This document shows positions 20,080-29,872 of a DNA stretch of 64,000 nucleotides, piece after piece; within the stretch, counting starts at the first letter, position 1; the number at the start of each line of letters is the position of its first letter. Source of the DNA: Bdellovibrionales bacterium (GTDB lineage Bacteria; Bdellovibrionota; Bdellovibrionia; Bdellovibrionales; JAGQZY01); NCBI GenBank assembly GCA_031426555.1, contig JANPLN010000015.1:160001-224000 (forward strand), read 5' to 3'. A program made the position numbers and the translations under genes. The notes under the pieces were generated by a model. That model saw only the letters and a program-made list of their open reading frames with translations. It was not told the DNA's origin and did no database searches.

Positions 20080-21310
20080 GTTCAAAGAGCGGCCCAAGCT
20101 CGGGGACGACGTCTAACAGCGCTGTCCCACGCATTTTATCAAGCTCAGAGTTGAAGTCGCAAAACTGCGAAATCAATAATGATTTTTTTTGCGAACTAAA
20201 GACTTCTTTTTTTAAACTGGCTCGAATCAATTGCTTTCCCGAATCCCCCAGCAAACGACGACCAGAGTGATGTGGGCCCTCCAAAATTTTTGAATTTTCG
20301 AGCCGTTGCAGAGCGAGCTCTTTCATTTTTTGCGGTAAAATTTGGAAGTTAAGATAAGCGGGGCGGACAACTGCATTTGAAAAAGTAATTTCATCGTGCG
20401 GTTGGTAGACTTTTTCGAACCAGTCCCATAGCTCATCAAGTTTGAAGATGTTATAAATTGACACTGCGGCTGTAAACATCACCGTTAACTGCGGAATTTT
20501 TCGAAATTGTAGCAAATTTTTTTCGAGGTCTTCGATAGAAAACTTATCGCCCCCTCGAATGTATCGATAAAGCTCTCCAGCGCCGTCGACACTCACGTAA
20601 AGGTCGATCTGTTTGAAATGCGACATAAGCTTTAGCAGCTGTGGAGTCACCATTGTGCCATTTGTGGAAATATCTAAAATCACTTGCGGTGCGATTTCCC
20701 ATTCAACCAATTTTTCAAGCACCTTTACGCCTTCAGACTCGAGCAAGGGTTCTCCACCGCGGAGGGCGACGTACGCCAAATTCTTAAAAATTTGCCGATT
20801 GGAAAATAGCTTTAAAATACTTTCGAGTTCTAGTTTTTCGGATCGTAGACCATCGGGTCTGTTGAGGCGGGAGCCAAATTTGGCAATGAGTTCACGGTCC
20901 TCGGCAAGCCAAGACGTGGATGAGACGGAGTTGCACATACGGCATTTTAAATTGCATTTGTTGGAAAGATTTAAGTCGAGATATTGGAGGTTTATTTCAC
21001 GATCATTCTTCTGCGGAAGTTCTAAGTTAAACCTACGAAGTGTGTGTTCAAAAAAAATCCGCCGAGAATGTCCAAGAGTTGCCTCTTTTTTTGCACAGTT
21101 ACCACAGGCGGAAGAAAATTTTTGCTCTTGCATCTCCGAGCGCAAGGTTTGAAATTCAGAACCCGACAGAATTTCTTCTAGAGATTGCGTTAAAATATTA
21201 CCATAGGGCTTGGCGTACTGGGCATCGGGCCCAACGTCTCCGTTGGGTTTTACCGACAAAGCCAGCCAGGGCGCAAGACAAGGAAGGGAGTTAGGAGGTG
21301 TAATCTTCAA
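20051..21310 (-). CDS. Radical SAM protein with variant N-terminal twitch domain (#2)
   Basis: CLAPW, CGNC, CNLKCRMC, RGGEPL, STNGT, SVDG, YIRGG; likely TTG start at 21310 overlapping the end of the amidinotransferase gene. Confidence 0.88.
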   Translation of the reverse strand: MKITPPNSLPCLAPWLALSVKPNGDVGPDAQYAKPYGNILTQSLEEILSGSEFQTLRSEMQEQKFSSACGNCAKKEATLGHSRRIFFEHTLRRFNLELPQKNDREINLQYLDLNLSNKCNLKCRMCNSVSSTSWLAEDRELIAKFGSRLNRPDGLRSEKLELESILKLFSNRQIFKNLAYVALRGGEPLLESEGVKVLEKLVEWEIAPQVILDISTNGTMVTPQLLKLMSHFKQIDLYVSVDGAGELYRYIRGGDKFSIEDLEKNLLQFRKIPQLTVMFTAAVSIYNIFKLDELWDWFEKVYQPHDEITFSNAVVRPAYLNFQILPQKMKELALQRLENSKILEGPHHSGRRLLGDSGKQLIRASLKKEVFSSQKKSLLISQFCDFNSELDKMRGTALLDVVPELGPLFELKETVLDAP

Positions 21311-22373
21311 GCCCCCCTGTGCGGCGAATATCCAAAGTGACGCAATGAATGGCGCCGTCCCAAAAATACTGATGGCGAAAGTTCCAAGGAATAGCTTCGA
21401 CCCCATGATGTTTAAGTTTGTCGAACACGTCCTTGTTATAGCCATTGGTGATCACACACTTTTCAGACACACTAAACATGTTGACATCAAAAACTGTTTC
21501 GTCGACGTAGCCAATCCATTCTTTCAGCCACTGTTGAACAAAGTCTTTGTAAAAGCGTTGCTTTTTGATCTTCTGAAAATATTCAGGAAATGGATTGGGG
21601 CTGTTCACTTGAATGATGTCCCAATTAGAAAGAGCTTCTGGAATATGTTTTGGGTTCCAAGCAATAACTAGGCCTGGCTTAAGCAGGGCAATTTTTCCGT
21701 CGAGATGCCCTGCGCAGGGCGCTGCCTGAAAGCGGTAGGTGTCTCCTAACTCCTGCTGCAGCCACTGGATGCCGCTGGGAGTTCCCTTTCCTTTTTCAAC
21801 CCATTCGCCGTCACCCGCGTGGCTGTAAAAAATGTCTTTGCCACACTTCAAAAGATTTGCAGCGTGAAAAAGAATTTTTTTATCTTCAAAGAGATCGTAC
21901 GTCGAAGGGTGTTCTGTAAAGAAGGGAGCGGGCATCGACGTCCAGCGCGCTCCTTGGTCAAAATAGTCTTTAAAAAGAGAATAGTAAGCCCAATTTTCCA
22001 AGTAGCGGTTGGCGCTTTTCGTGTACGTTTGGATCAATTGATTTCCGGCCACTAGCACGGTGTCTCTGGGCATGAGGGGATGATTTGGAAACGTAAAATC
22101 AAAGAGGTTGAGATCTAGAGTTCGCGCTTTGCCGGTGTTTGTGCCCAATTCAAACAAAGTGGATGGGCGTCGGACTTTTACGCCAAAGCTTTCAAATATC
22201 TGAACGAGCTTCTGTAAATCTTCTTCGGTTTCACTAAGAATCCGATCGATTCCGTCACGCAACTCGTTATCTTGGGAATAAGCAAAAGAACCCGGTGGAT
22301 AGGCTTGGCCGACAAGAACTTCCTCCAGAGGCTGAAATTCTGAGAAAATAGAAATAGGACAGTTTGTGGTCAT
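21291..22373 (-). CDS. Amidinotransferase (glycine / inosamine-phosphate amidinotransferase-like)
   Basis: SEFQPLEEVLVG, V.V.RP, MPRD, HLDG, GAIHCVTLDIRR (catalytic Cys near the C-terminus). Confidence 0.88.
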   Translation of the reverse strand: MTTNCPISIFSEFQPLEEVLVGQAYPPGSFAYSQDNELRDGIDRILSETEEDLQKLVQIFESFGVKVRRPSTLFELGTNTGKARTLDLNLFDFTFPNHPLMPRDTVLVAGNQLIQTYTKSANRYLENWAYYSLFKDYFDQGARWTSMPAPFFTEHPSTYDLFEDKKILFHAANLLKCGKDIFYSHAGDGEWVEKGKGTPSGIQWLQQELGDTYRFQAAPCAGHLDGKIALLKPGLVIAWNPKHIPEALSNWDIIQVNSPNPFPEYFQKIKKQRFYKDFVQQWLKEWIGYVDETVFDVNMFSVSEKCVITNGYNKDVFDKLKHHGVEAIPWNFRHQYFWDGAIHCVTLDIRRTGGLEDYTS

Positions 22374-22930
22374 GGTGAAAGCGTATTTTCTGCGGCGGCC
22401 CCAGCCAAGTAGCGTTGGTAGTATTCCCCTCTGCGGCCAACCACTTCGTTATAATAATCCTGCGGCCAGTGATCATAGTACCCTCGGATTTTTAACTCTG
22501 CAGATGCCGCTACAAGGCTGGAAAGCCGCTGAATCATAAAGATCAGCAATTGCCCGTGATTCAGAGAAAACCCATCGATGACCTCGGGGAGCGAGGGATG
22601 ATCGTAAAGAGTCCAAAGGTTTTGACTATAAAATTTTTCGCGCAGACTGGAAATAATGAGTTGCACTTCGATGGGGTCACAATTTTGCCAATCCGCCACC
22701 GCGAGGATGGAAACCTCTGTGGTGCTATCTTTATTAAAGTTCATCAGCTGCAGATGGAGAGCGTCTTTAAAAGTTTGCGAGGTCGCTTCGGCTATTTGAA
22801 TTTTATTTTTAAAAAATGCATCGCGCGCGAAGGGGCACGGCGGAATGTTGCCGAGGAAAGACAACGGTGAAGACAGCCGTGTTTCAATCCATATTTTAAT
22901 AGAATTATTTAAATCCAAATCCGTCCCCAC
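22370..22930 (-). CDS. Hypothetical protein with CPFA motif (DUF1415-like)
   Basis: PPCPFAR, YDHP, IQRLS.L, GYY..W; overlaps the amidinotransferase start. Confidence 0.55.
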   Translation of the reverse strand: MGTDLDLNNSIKIWIETRLSSPLSFLGNIPPCPFARDAFFKNKIQIAEATSQTFKDALHLQLMNFNKDSTTEVSILAVADWQNCDPIEVQLIISSLREKFYSQNLWTLYDHPSLPEVIDGFSLNHGQLLIFMIQRLSSLVAASAELKIRGYYDHWPQDYYNEVVGRRGEYYQRYLAGAAAENTLSP

Positions 22931-22968
22931 CGGTTGAAAAGTAACAACAGTATGCTAATTTAAGTCCC

Positions 22969-23931
22969 ATGATAAGATCACCAGAACAAGGCTTGACCTC
23001 GAGCGTTACCGAGCCACTTCACGAGCGCCTTCTGACTAAAACAGGTAACGCTGTTTATAACGATGATGTTCGAGTGTTCCTCGGCAAAAATATTGCGAAC
23101 TGGTTTTCCAACGACGAGCAGTTTGGCTCTATGGTGGACACCGAGAGCTATATTTGCGAAATGAAGACGTGGATTCGTTCGAGCCAAAGCTGCACAGTGC
23201 TTGGTCTTGAAGACTTTGAGGTGGGCTGCGTTAGTCTCGGCGTCACACAAGCCCTCGATCAATTTCATTATGATATTTTACAAAGTGGGCGTCGCTTGCG
23301 CCTGCTGCGGGGCGAGTATCCTTATCACCGCGACGTGCACCCATTCTGTTTTGAAACAGATTTTATTGACGATGCAGCTCTCACTCCGGGGGACGCGGTG
23401 ATCATCAGTTTTCCTTTCAGTGCCAGCGGAAACGAACCGCCGCGGCTGACTGAAATTCTTGATAGTTGTTTGCGTTTGGAAGTGCCGGTATTTTTAGATC
23501 TGGCTTGGTTTGGAACCTGCGGTGATCTGGTTTTCGATTTGCGGCACCCGGCCATCACCCATGTCGCATTTTCACTCACCAAAGGTCTGACCTGTGGCAA
23601 CTATCGATCAGGTGTTCGATGGACACGAAAAAAAACCGACCTTTCCACCACAGATCGCTTATTGCTGCAACAGGAGTGGAATCACAGCGTACATCTCAAT
23701 CTAAAGATTGGCCGCGAGTTGATGAAAAAGTTTGGTCCAGATACCCAGTTTCATAAATATCGAACGGCGCAAATGAAAGTGTGCGAGCGTTTTTCCCTAG
23801 AACCCAGCCCCTGTGTGCATATTGCCACCTCCAAAGAGGACCGCTGGCGAGAGTTTAGCCGCGATGGAGTGATCCAGCGAATTAATTTGCGCGACGCGAT
23901 TAAGTTGCTGAATCGCGTACAAGCTGAATAA
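22969..23931 (+). CDS. PLP-dependent fold-type-I enzyme (aminotransferase/decarboxylase-like)
   Basis: GVTQAL, GEYPYH, FLDLAWFG (Asp), FSLTKG (PLP lysine), RSG. Confidence 0.65.
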   Translation: MIRSPEQGLTSSVTEPLHERLLTKTGNAVYNDDVRVFLGKNIANWFSNDEQFGSMVDTESYICEMKTWIRSSQSCTVLGLEDFEVGCVSLGVTQALDQFHYDILQSGRRLRLLRGEYPYHRDVHPFCFETDFIDDAALTPGDAVIISFPFSASGNEPPRLTEILDSCLRLEVPVFLDLAWFGTCGDLVFDLRHPAITHVAFSLTKGLTCGNYRSGVRWTRKKTDLSTTDRLLLQQEWNHSVHLNLKIGRELMKKFGPDTQFHKYRTAQMKVCERFSLEPSPCVHIATSKEDRWREFSRDGVIQRINLRDAIKLLNRVQAE

Positions 23932-25128
23932 ATGAAGGCCATGCAGGTCACTCGTCAAACCAGCCCAACAATATGTCCGTTACCGTTTATGCACACCTAC
24001 ATTACGGCGAATGGTTCAGCCGTAGCCTGTTGTGAGTCACAGGAAAGTATTTTGTCGCCGTCAATCAACAACTTTCAGGCGATGTGGAACTCGCAGAATT
24101 ATAAAAATTTGCGTCAGTCGCTTTTGCGCGGTGAAAAACCCGAAGTGTGCCGTAAATGTTGGTCCAATGAAGAGATCGGAATGCCTTCCAATAGAGAGGA
24201 TATGTGGCGCGATCTCGAAAATGGTCTTTTTGGTGATCCGAGCCTCGCAGTGCAAGAAGATTTTTTGGTGAGCGAAACACCGGCGGCCATCGAGATCAAA
24301 ACCAATAACCTCTGCAATCTCAAGTGCCGAATGTGCCATCCCGAAAGCAGTCATCGCGTGGGAGAAGATAAAGAAATCATTGTGAAGTACAGAAAGAACC
24401 TACCTTGGTCGCAAACTGTGTTGAGCTCGGGTCAGACTGTGGGGGCGCTAATTTCTGAAGGGGATGCATTTTTTGAAAAATTATCAGTTGTTCAATACTC
24501 GGGTGGCGAGCCTCTTATCAGCGACGAGCAGCTCGAGTTGACGCAAAAATTAATGCAATTTGATCCTGGAAAAATTCATTTGCGCTACTCAACAAATTTG
24601 ACTCATCTGAGCTATAAGAAAACAAGCTATCCCGACATCTGGAAAAATTTCCAAAAGGTCCATGTGAAGGTGAGCATCGATGGTGTTAACGACGTCTACG
24701 ACTACATTCGTGTTGGTGGTCATTTTGAAAAAGTTGTGGAAAATATCAAACGACTGCAAGACTTTCAGCTCCCAAACCTGCAGCTGAGCATCGGTTTTAC
24801 GACTCAAGCGTACAATGTATTTCAGCTCCCAGAATTTCTCGAGTATTTCGAAAAAATAGTGCCGCGAAACTCGATCACCACCCATCTACTGCATTCACCC
24901 AAAATGATGATGGTGGATGTTTACCCACCGGCTATTCGAGAACGTCTGATTCACAAACTGCAGAGCCGGAGAGCTGACATTAACAACGTGATTGCGGTTC
25001 TCCAAAAATCCACACCAGAGGCTTCGTATTGGACTGCTCTTTGTAATTATACGCAAGAATTGGAAAGCAAATATTCCGTCAGTTTCGGCTTTCATTCTCT
25101 GCTCGACAAGTACTTAGCGGATTATTGA
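23932..25128 (+). CDS. Radical SAM protein with N-terminal twitch domain (#3)
   Basis: CPLPFMH..CC..WNS..CRKCW; CNLKCRMC; SGGEPL; YSTN; SIDG; YIR. Confidence 0.9.
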   Translation: MKAMQVTRQTSPTICPLPFMHTYITANGSAVACCESQESILSPSINNFQAMWNSQNYKNLRQSLLRGEKPEVCRKCWSNEEIGMPSNREDMWRDLENGLFGDPSLAVQEDFLVSETPAAIEIKTNNLCNLKCRMCHPESSHRVGEDKEIIVKYRKNLPWSQTVLSSGQTVGALISEGDAFFEKLSVVQYSGGEPLISDEQLELTQKLMQFDPGKIHLRYSTNLTHLSYKKTSYPDIWKNFQKVHVKVSIDGVNDVYDYIRVGGHFEKVVENIKRLQDFQLPNLQLSIGFTTQAYNVFQLPEFLEYFEKIVPRNSITTHLLHSPKMMMVDVYPPAIRERLIHKLQSRRADINNVIAVLQKSTPEASYWTALCNYTQELESKYSVSFGFHSLLDKYLADY

Positions 25129-25129
25129 C

Positions 25130-26344
25130 GTGTCGAAAGATTATTCCTGTCACTATTTAGAAAAATCGCTAACGCTTTTGCCCACCTCCGAAGTGCGTCC
25201 GTGCTGTCGTTTTGATGTGAGTCGCTATGATGTTAAAGATTTCACCTGGGATCATAAAAAACCCCTCGAAGAATTTTATACAAGCGCGCAATACAAAACG
25301 ATTCGACAACAAAGCCGAAGCGGCCAGCCCGTGGCCGGTTGCCACCGTTGTTACCGTGAGGAGGATTTAGGGATTAAAAGCATGCGGCAAAAAGATTTTC
25401 CAGGAGATGCTGCAAACAACTATGATGGAACCCTCAAAATTTCTATGATCGAGCTAGGCGTGGGTCGAATTTGTAATTTGAAATGTAGAACTTGTGATCC
25501 TTACTTTAGTACAAAGTGGGAGGCCGATGCGTTGGTCGCCAATAAGCCCATCCCCGACAAGGCATTGGATGTGGATCTCGATGCTCTCGATGTACAATTT
25601 TTTAGAAATACGCGATTTTTGAAGATCACTGGTGGTGAGCCTTTTTATCATCCGGCTTTTGAGACGCTCATTCATCGCCTGGTTCAAGAGGGACTGTCCG
25701 CAAATATTGACATCGAAATATTTAGCAACGCTACGAAAGTTCCTGTCGAGGTTTTTGTGGAAGCCTTGAAGCGTTTTCGCTCAGTAACGATGACTCTCAG
25801 CATCGACGGTTTGGGAGCTACGAATACATATCTTCGCCATCCAAGTCGGTGGAAGGACATCGAAAAAAGCGTCGATTTTTGGCGTGCTCTCAGGAGCAGC
25901 CAGACAGCACTGAAAGTTCAATTCGCAGTCACGGTTTCGGTTTTTAATATTTTAAGTCTCTTCGAATTATTCAATTGGCTCTACAAGATAGAAACAAACC
26001 AACCGGGGATCATTATTCAAAATGTACAGGACCCAACTCACTTAAATGTGTCCCATTGGCCGTTGCTCATTCGGAAAACGATTCAGTCGAAATTCTTACA
26101 GCAAAAAGAAACCTTCTTCGCAACCCATGTCGTAAACGCGACGCTTGCAAAAAGGATCGGGACCATCGAAAAAATGTTAGAATCTGCCATCGAACAAAAA
26201 AACGTCAGCGAACAGTTTTGGCAAGAAACCCTTGCATTAGATAAAGCGCGGAATGAATCCTTTGCTAAGGTATTTCCAGAGCTTTTTCAAATTGTCTCGA
26301 GCTCACTAAATGAAGAGTTCACCGAGTTCCGGAGCGGCATCTAA
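25130..26344 (+). CDS. Radical SAM protein with N-terminal twitch domain (#4)
   Basis: CHY..RPCC..CHRCY; CNLKCRTC; TGGEPF; SIDG; YLRHPS.W. Confidence 0.9.
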   Translation: MSKDYSCHYLEKSLTLLPTSEVRPCCRFDVSRYDVKDFTWDHKKPLEEFYTSAQYKTIRQQSRSGQPVAGCHRCYREEDLGIKSMRQKDFPGDAANNYDGTLKISMIELGVGRICNLKCRTCDPYFSTKWEADALVANKPIPDKALDVDLDALDVQFFRNTRFLKITGGEPFYHPAFETLIHRLVQEGLSANIDIEIFSNATKVPVEVFVEALKRFRSVTMTLSIDGLGATNTYLRHPSRWKDIEKSVDFWRALRSSQTALKVQFAVTVSVFNILSLFELFNWLYKIETNQPGIIIQNVQDPTHLNVSHWPLLIRKTIQSKFLQQKETFFATHVVNATLAKRIGTIEKMLESAIEQKNVSEQFWQETLALDKARNESFAKVFPELFQIVSSSLNEEFTEFRSGI

Positions 26345-27625
26345 AAGACGTGTCTGTCGTTTTCGATCAAGTCTGTCGGTGTAGTCCCGAAAAGCAGGAA
26401 TGAGGTGCGACCAGTCTCTGCCTTGCATATGTTGCAAATGATCTTTTATATGATTCTGAATATTGTTGAGAGTCGCTTGGGGCCATTTTTTTTCGGAAAG
26501 TATCTTTTCCTGATAAGCGAGAATTTCCGACTCTGCCTGATTTTTTAAATTTTGCGTAAGGACCTGCGTATTTAAAAACGCCGGCGCGGTGACTCTGTGG
26601 GAGTGGAACCGAACACCCCTGTTGGTAAAGTAGTCGATGATTTTTGGGAGCTGGAATACATTGTAGACCTGAATCGTGCAGGCCACAGCAATTTCTTCGA
26701 ACACGATATCGCTTCGCGATTGGACCTCATCGAGGTGCCTCTCAATGGTGGAAAACTGCGCACCCGTGCGAATATAATTATAAACATCGTGAATTCCATC
26801 AATGCTCGCGTAAATCGACACCGATTTAAATTTCTTCCAATAGTCAAAAACCGAGACACCTTTAAAATTTAATGTCGTTAAATTTGTACTGTACTTTAAA
26901 CGAATGTGCGGAGCGCGTTCCGAAAGCAGGTCTAAAATGCGGTAATGAAGTGGATCCATCAACGGTTCTCCACCAGCAAATTCAATGAGATCCAAAGATT
27001 CAGCCATTTTAGCAAAATCAATCCACCATTGCTCTTGATCCTGAAAACCAGAAATGAGCGGTTTTTTGGTTACATTTTGTTTTTCGGCCGATGAATAAGC
27101 CCACTGATTATACTTTTTCATAAGATCAGAAACTTCGTTCCACTCTGAGGCCCAGGAGCTTGAGTCCACGGGGTGGCACATTCGACACTTAAGGTTACAC
27201 AAGTTACTCAGCTTGAGTTCGATGGTCTTAGGCAAGTAGGGAACATGTCCAGAGGGATCTACCTGTTTTAACAACTGCGAATAATTGGACCATCGACTTC
27301 CCGGAAACGTGCGCAAAGCGCGCTGTCGCATGGAGCGTGTGCCCATGCTTTCCAGAGTCCAGCAGTCTTGGCACGCCTCGGGCTTTTCTCCGTTCAGAAG
27401 CTGTTTTCTAATCTCTTTGTACTGCGGGCTGTTCCATAACTCCACAGCCGAAGAGTCTCGTACATTGGATATGGGTTCGCTGCGGCAGCAAAGTTTAAAG
27501 GTGCCCTCTGTTTTGGTCGCAAGGTGGGTGAAGGGATAAATGCAAAAGGTGGCGCTTTTTTCGGCGTCCTTCAAAACCGAATTCACTTCTGTAGCAGTGG
27601 CGTCTGGTGTTTGCAGCATCCCCAA
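26306..27625 (-). CDS. Radical SAM protein with N-terminal twitch domain (#5)
   Basis: FCIYPFTH..CC..WNS..CQDCW; CNLKCRMC; AGGEPL; YSTN; SIDG; YIR; ATG start possibly at 27619. Confidence 0.9.
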   Translation of the reverse strand: MGMLQTPDATATEVNSVLKDAEKSATFCIYPFTHLATKTEGTFKLCCRSEPISNVRDSSAVELWNSPQYKEIRKQLLNGEKPEACQDCWTLESMGTRSMRQRALRTFPGSRWSNYSQLLKQVDPSGHVPYLPKTIELKLSNLCNLKCRMCHPVDSSSWASEWNEVSDLMKKYNQWAYSSAEKQNVTKKPLISGFQDQEQWWIDFAKMAESLDLIEFAGGEPLMDPLHYRILDLLSERAPHIRLKYSTNLTTLNFKGVSVFDYWKKFKSVSIYASIDGIHDVYNYIRTGAQFSTIERHLDEVQSRSDIVFEEIAVACTIQVYNVFQLPKIIDYFTNRGVRFHSHRVTAPAFLNTQVLTQNLKNQAESEILAYQEKILSEKKWPQATLNNIQNHIKDHLQHMQGRDWSHLIPAFRDYTDRLDRKRQTRLLDAAPELGELFI

Positions 27626-27719
27626 AAAGTCTCAGCTTTCCGAAGCCCTGACAAGGAGTTTGCTCGACATCTTCTTTTTAGATGCATGGAGCCAGCTCAC
27701 GATATAAAACGGAAGAGGT

Positions 27720-28745
27720 ATGAAAAAGCAATTAATGCGAGCTTTTTTGCTCGTGGCATCACTGGTCTTAGCAATTGCTTTGCTTGAAAGCTATTTCAGA
27801 ATTTTTGGCAGAGACAGGTTTGATATCACAATGCACCTAAAGCGTTCTTCACAGCCCGAAGACTTGCGGGTGCAACTCGAAAAAAATACTCACCATAAAT
27901 TTGATTTCCTCCATGAGGGCAAATTTGTTTATCGACAAGAGATCGAGACGGATGAGTGGGGGCGACGAAAATCCTACGGACCTAGGAATTCAAAATCCCT
28001 TGTTCTATTTTTTGGTTGCTCCTATACATTCGGGTCAGGCCTTCAGCAGCACGAAACCTTGCCCTATCAATTTAGCAAAACGACGCAAATTGATTCTCTG
28101 AATTACGCCTTGCCGGCCTACGGCCCCCATGGACTGCTTCGCCAGGTGGAGGTTTTACCCCTGGGTGAGCAAATTCCTTCGACCTACTCGTCGGTCTCTG
28201 CGGCCTATGTATTTTATGGCTTCCAATGGCGTCGAGCCACTGGTGGAATTGGATGGGTTGCAAAAATGGGAGGGAACCATCCCTTCTATAAATTGGATCC
28301 GACGACCAATGCGATCTCCTATCAAGGCCGTTTTGCCGAAGCGCAACCAGTTAAGATGTGGTTTATAAACCTGTTTAATAAGCTTCATTTGCTGCATTAC
28401 CTTCCTCAGATATGGGGTAACGATCGCGTAACCAAAGACGATCAACTTCTTTTTTGCGGTATGGTGAACAAAACCCAGGAACTTTTGCAAGAAAAGATTG
28501 GCCGCGAATTTAAAGGATTAAAAATAATACATCCCTCTTTTGATCACGAAAAAATGTGGAGTGAATTTCTTTCGGGCGCCAAGGAATGTTTTTCTCCGCA
28601 GGTCGAGCTCATCGAAATTAAAATGCCTGGGAGCAGAGAGCAATGGGCCATCGATAGTGTATTGGAGGATCATCCCAATAGTGATTTTAATAAGCTGTTG
28701 AGCGATCTTCTTGCGCAGCGATGGCAGGGACAATTAGAAAAATAA
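27720..28745 (+). CDS. Membrane-anchored SGNH/GDSL-like protein
   Basis: N-terminal TM ending E..R; FFGCSYTFG (block I), NYALPAYGP (block II), C-terminal DHPN. Confidence 0.7.
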   Translation: MKKQLMRAFLLVASLVLAIALLESYFRIFGRDRFDITMHLKRSSQPEDLRVQLEKNTHHKFDFLHEGKFVYRQEIETDEWGRRKSYGPRNSKSLVLFFGCSYTFGSGLQQHETLPYQFSKTTQIDSLNYALPAYGPHGLLRQVEVLPLGEQIPSTYSSVSAAYVFYGFQWRRATGGIGWVAKMGGNHPFYKLDPTTNAISYQGRFAEAQPVKMWFINLFNKLHLLHYLPQIWGNDRVTKDDQLLFCGMVNKTQELLQEKIGREFKGLKIIHPSFDHEKMWSEFLSGAKECFSPQVELIEIKMPGSREQWAIDSVLEDHPNSDFNKLLSDLLAQRWQGQLEK

Positions 28746-29478
28746 AAGTAATCAATTGCAGCTGCATTTGAAAGTCGACCCCCAAAATAAAGGCTGTCCC
28801 CAGATGAAAAAAGATTAGCAGCCACCCCCAAAAGAAATCGAACTTTGGCATAAATAAAATACCAACCGTAGAAAGCTGAAGACCGATGAGCGCCAGCCAA
28901 AGAAGTCCCGACAGGTAATAGTGATTTTGCAGAAATATCATGAGGTCGATATTGGCCATGACACCCTCACAATAGGTGCGAGCGATATGACTGGGCAGCG
29001 TGGAGGAAACATCTTGAAACCAGTGGTCGGCATGATTTAAAAAAAGTCCTCTTAATTTCCACATGCCAGAGCTACAATAAATACTCAAACAGAACGCTCG
29101 CAAACATAAAAAAATCTGGGCAGAGTTCAAAACTGATAAGGGTATTATCAAAATAAAATGCGCTGCTAGCCAGCCGAAGTGATCGTGGCTAAAGTCGCCA
29201 AATGAATACGTCGAGTAGATCAAAAGCAACCAGGCAGAGGCAGTCATTGTACGAAAAACGAGAAGTCTTGGTACGAAGGCGGTGATGAGCTGTAGACCGA
29301 GCGCCAGAAAATAAAAAACTTTTAAAGAAGGGGGTTCAGCAATAGTCATTTGGGCTTTTTCGTAAATTTGCGACCGCAAAGTCAGCAAAACTAAAAACCC
29401 CAAGGTGTAGAATATGGATAAACACCGTTCGTGCAAACTCGTTGTTTTAAAATCTAAAAATTTCGTCAACATTTTCAT
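28687..29478 (-). CDS. HTTM-like polytopic membrane protein (copy B)
   Basis: GDFSHDHFG, IYCSSGMWK, FFHLGTAFILGVDF; same motifs as 15429-16427. Confidence 0.6.
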   Translation of the reverse strand: MKMLTKFLDFKTTSLHERCLSIFYTLGFLVLLTLRSQIYEKAQMTIAEPPSLKVFYFLALGLQLITAFVPRLLVFRTMTASAWLLLIYSTYSFGDFSHDHFGWLAAHFILIIPLSVLNSAQIFLCLRAFCLSIYCSSGMWKLRGLFLNHADHWFQDVSSTLPSHIARTYCEGVMANIDLMIFLQNHYYLSGLLWLALIGLQLSTVGILFMPKFDFFWGWLLIFFHLGTAFILGVDFQMQLQLITFIFLIVPAIAAQEDRSTAY

Positions 29479-29872
29479 ATTTCTCTTTTGGATTTAAAAG
29501 AATATATCCTGCAAGTGGTAATTTTATTTTGTAGATTCGTAAAGGCGTTAGACCCTGACTCTTTAGATGCGAAAATAAAAAATCTTTCTCGGTGATAGGC
29601 TCCCCTTGTGCAACTTGCGAGGCCAATCTTTGCAAGTTATACCAAGTCTCAGATTTTTTTAAGGAGGAAGAGCTGTAGAGTTCCAGGCCGCGGGTCCCCT
29701 GGACTTCCAAATCATAAAAATTCCAATGAACGGAACTTTTGGAAAACAACGACCAATCAAAAAAGGGCCCCCATTCAGACGTATTTTTCCAGGGCAGTAC
29801 TACTTGCGCCATGAAAACAAAACTAACAAAAGTTAAGGCGGGAGAAATTTGGCGAAGGTTCCAGTTTTTCAT
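29447..29872 (-). CDS. Small membrane-anchored partner of the HTTM-like protein (copy B)
   Basis: N-terminal TM then GPFFDWSLFS; ATG at 29872 overlaps the upstream stop (ATGA). Confidence 0.6.
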   Translation of the reverse strand: MKNWNLRQISPALTFVSFVFMAQVVLPWKNTSEWGPFFDWSLFSKSSVHWNFYDLEVQGTRGLELYSSSSLKKSETWYNLQRLASQVAQGEPITEKDFLFSHLKSQGLTPLRIYKIKLPLAGYILLNPKEKYENVDEIFRF

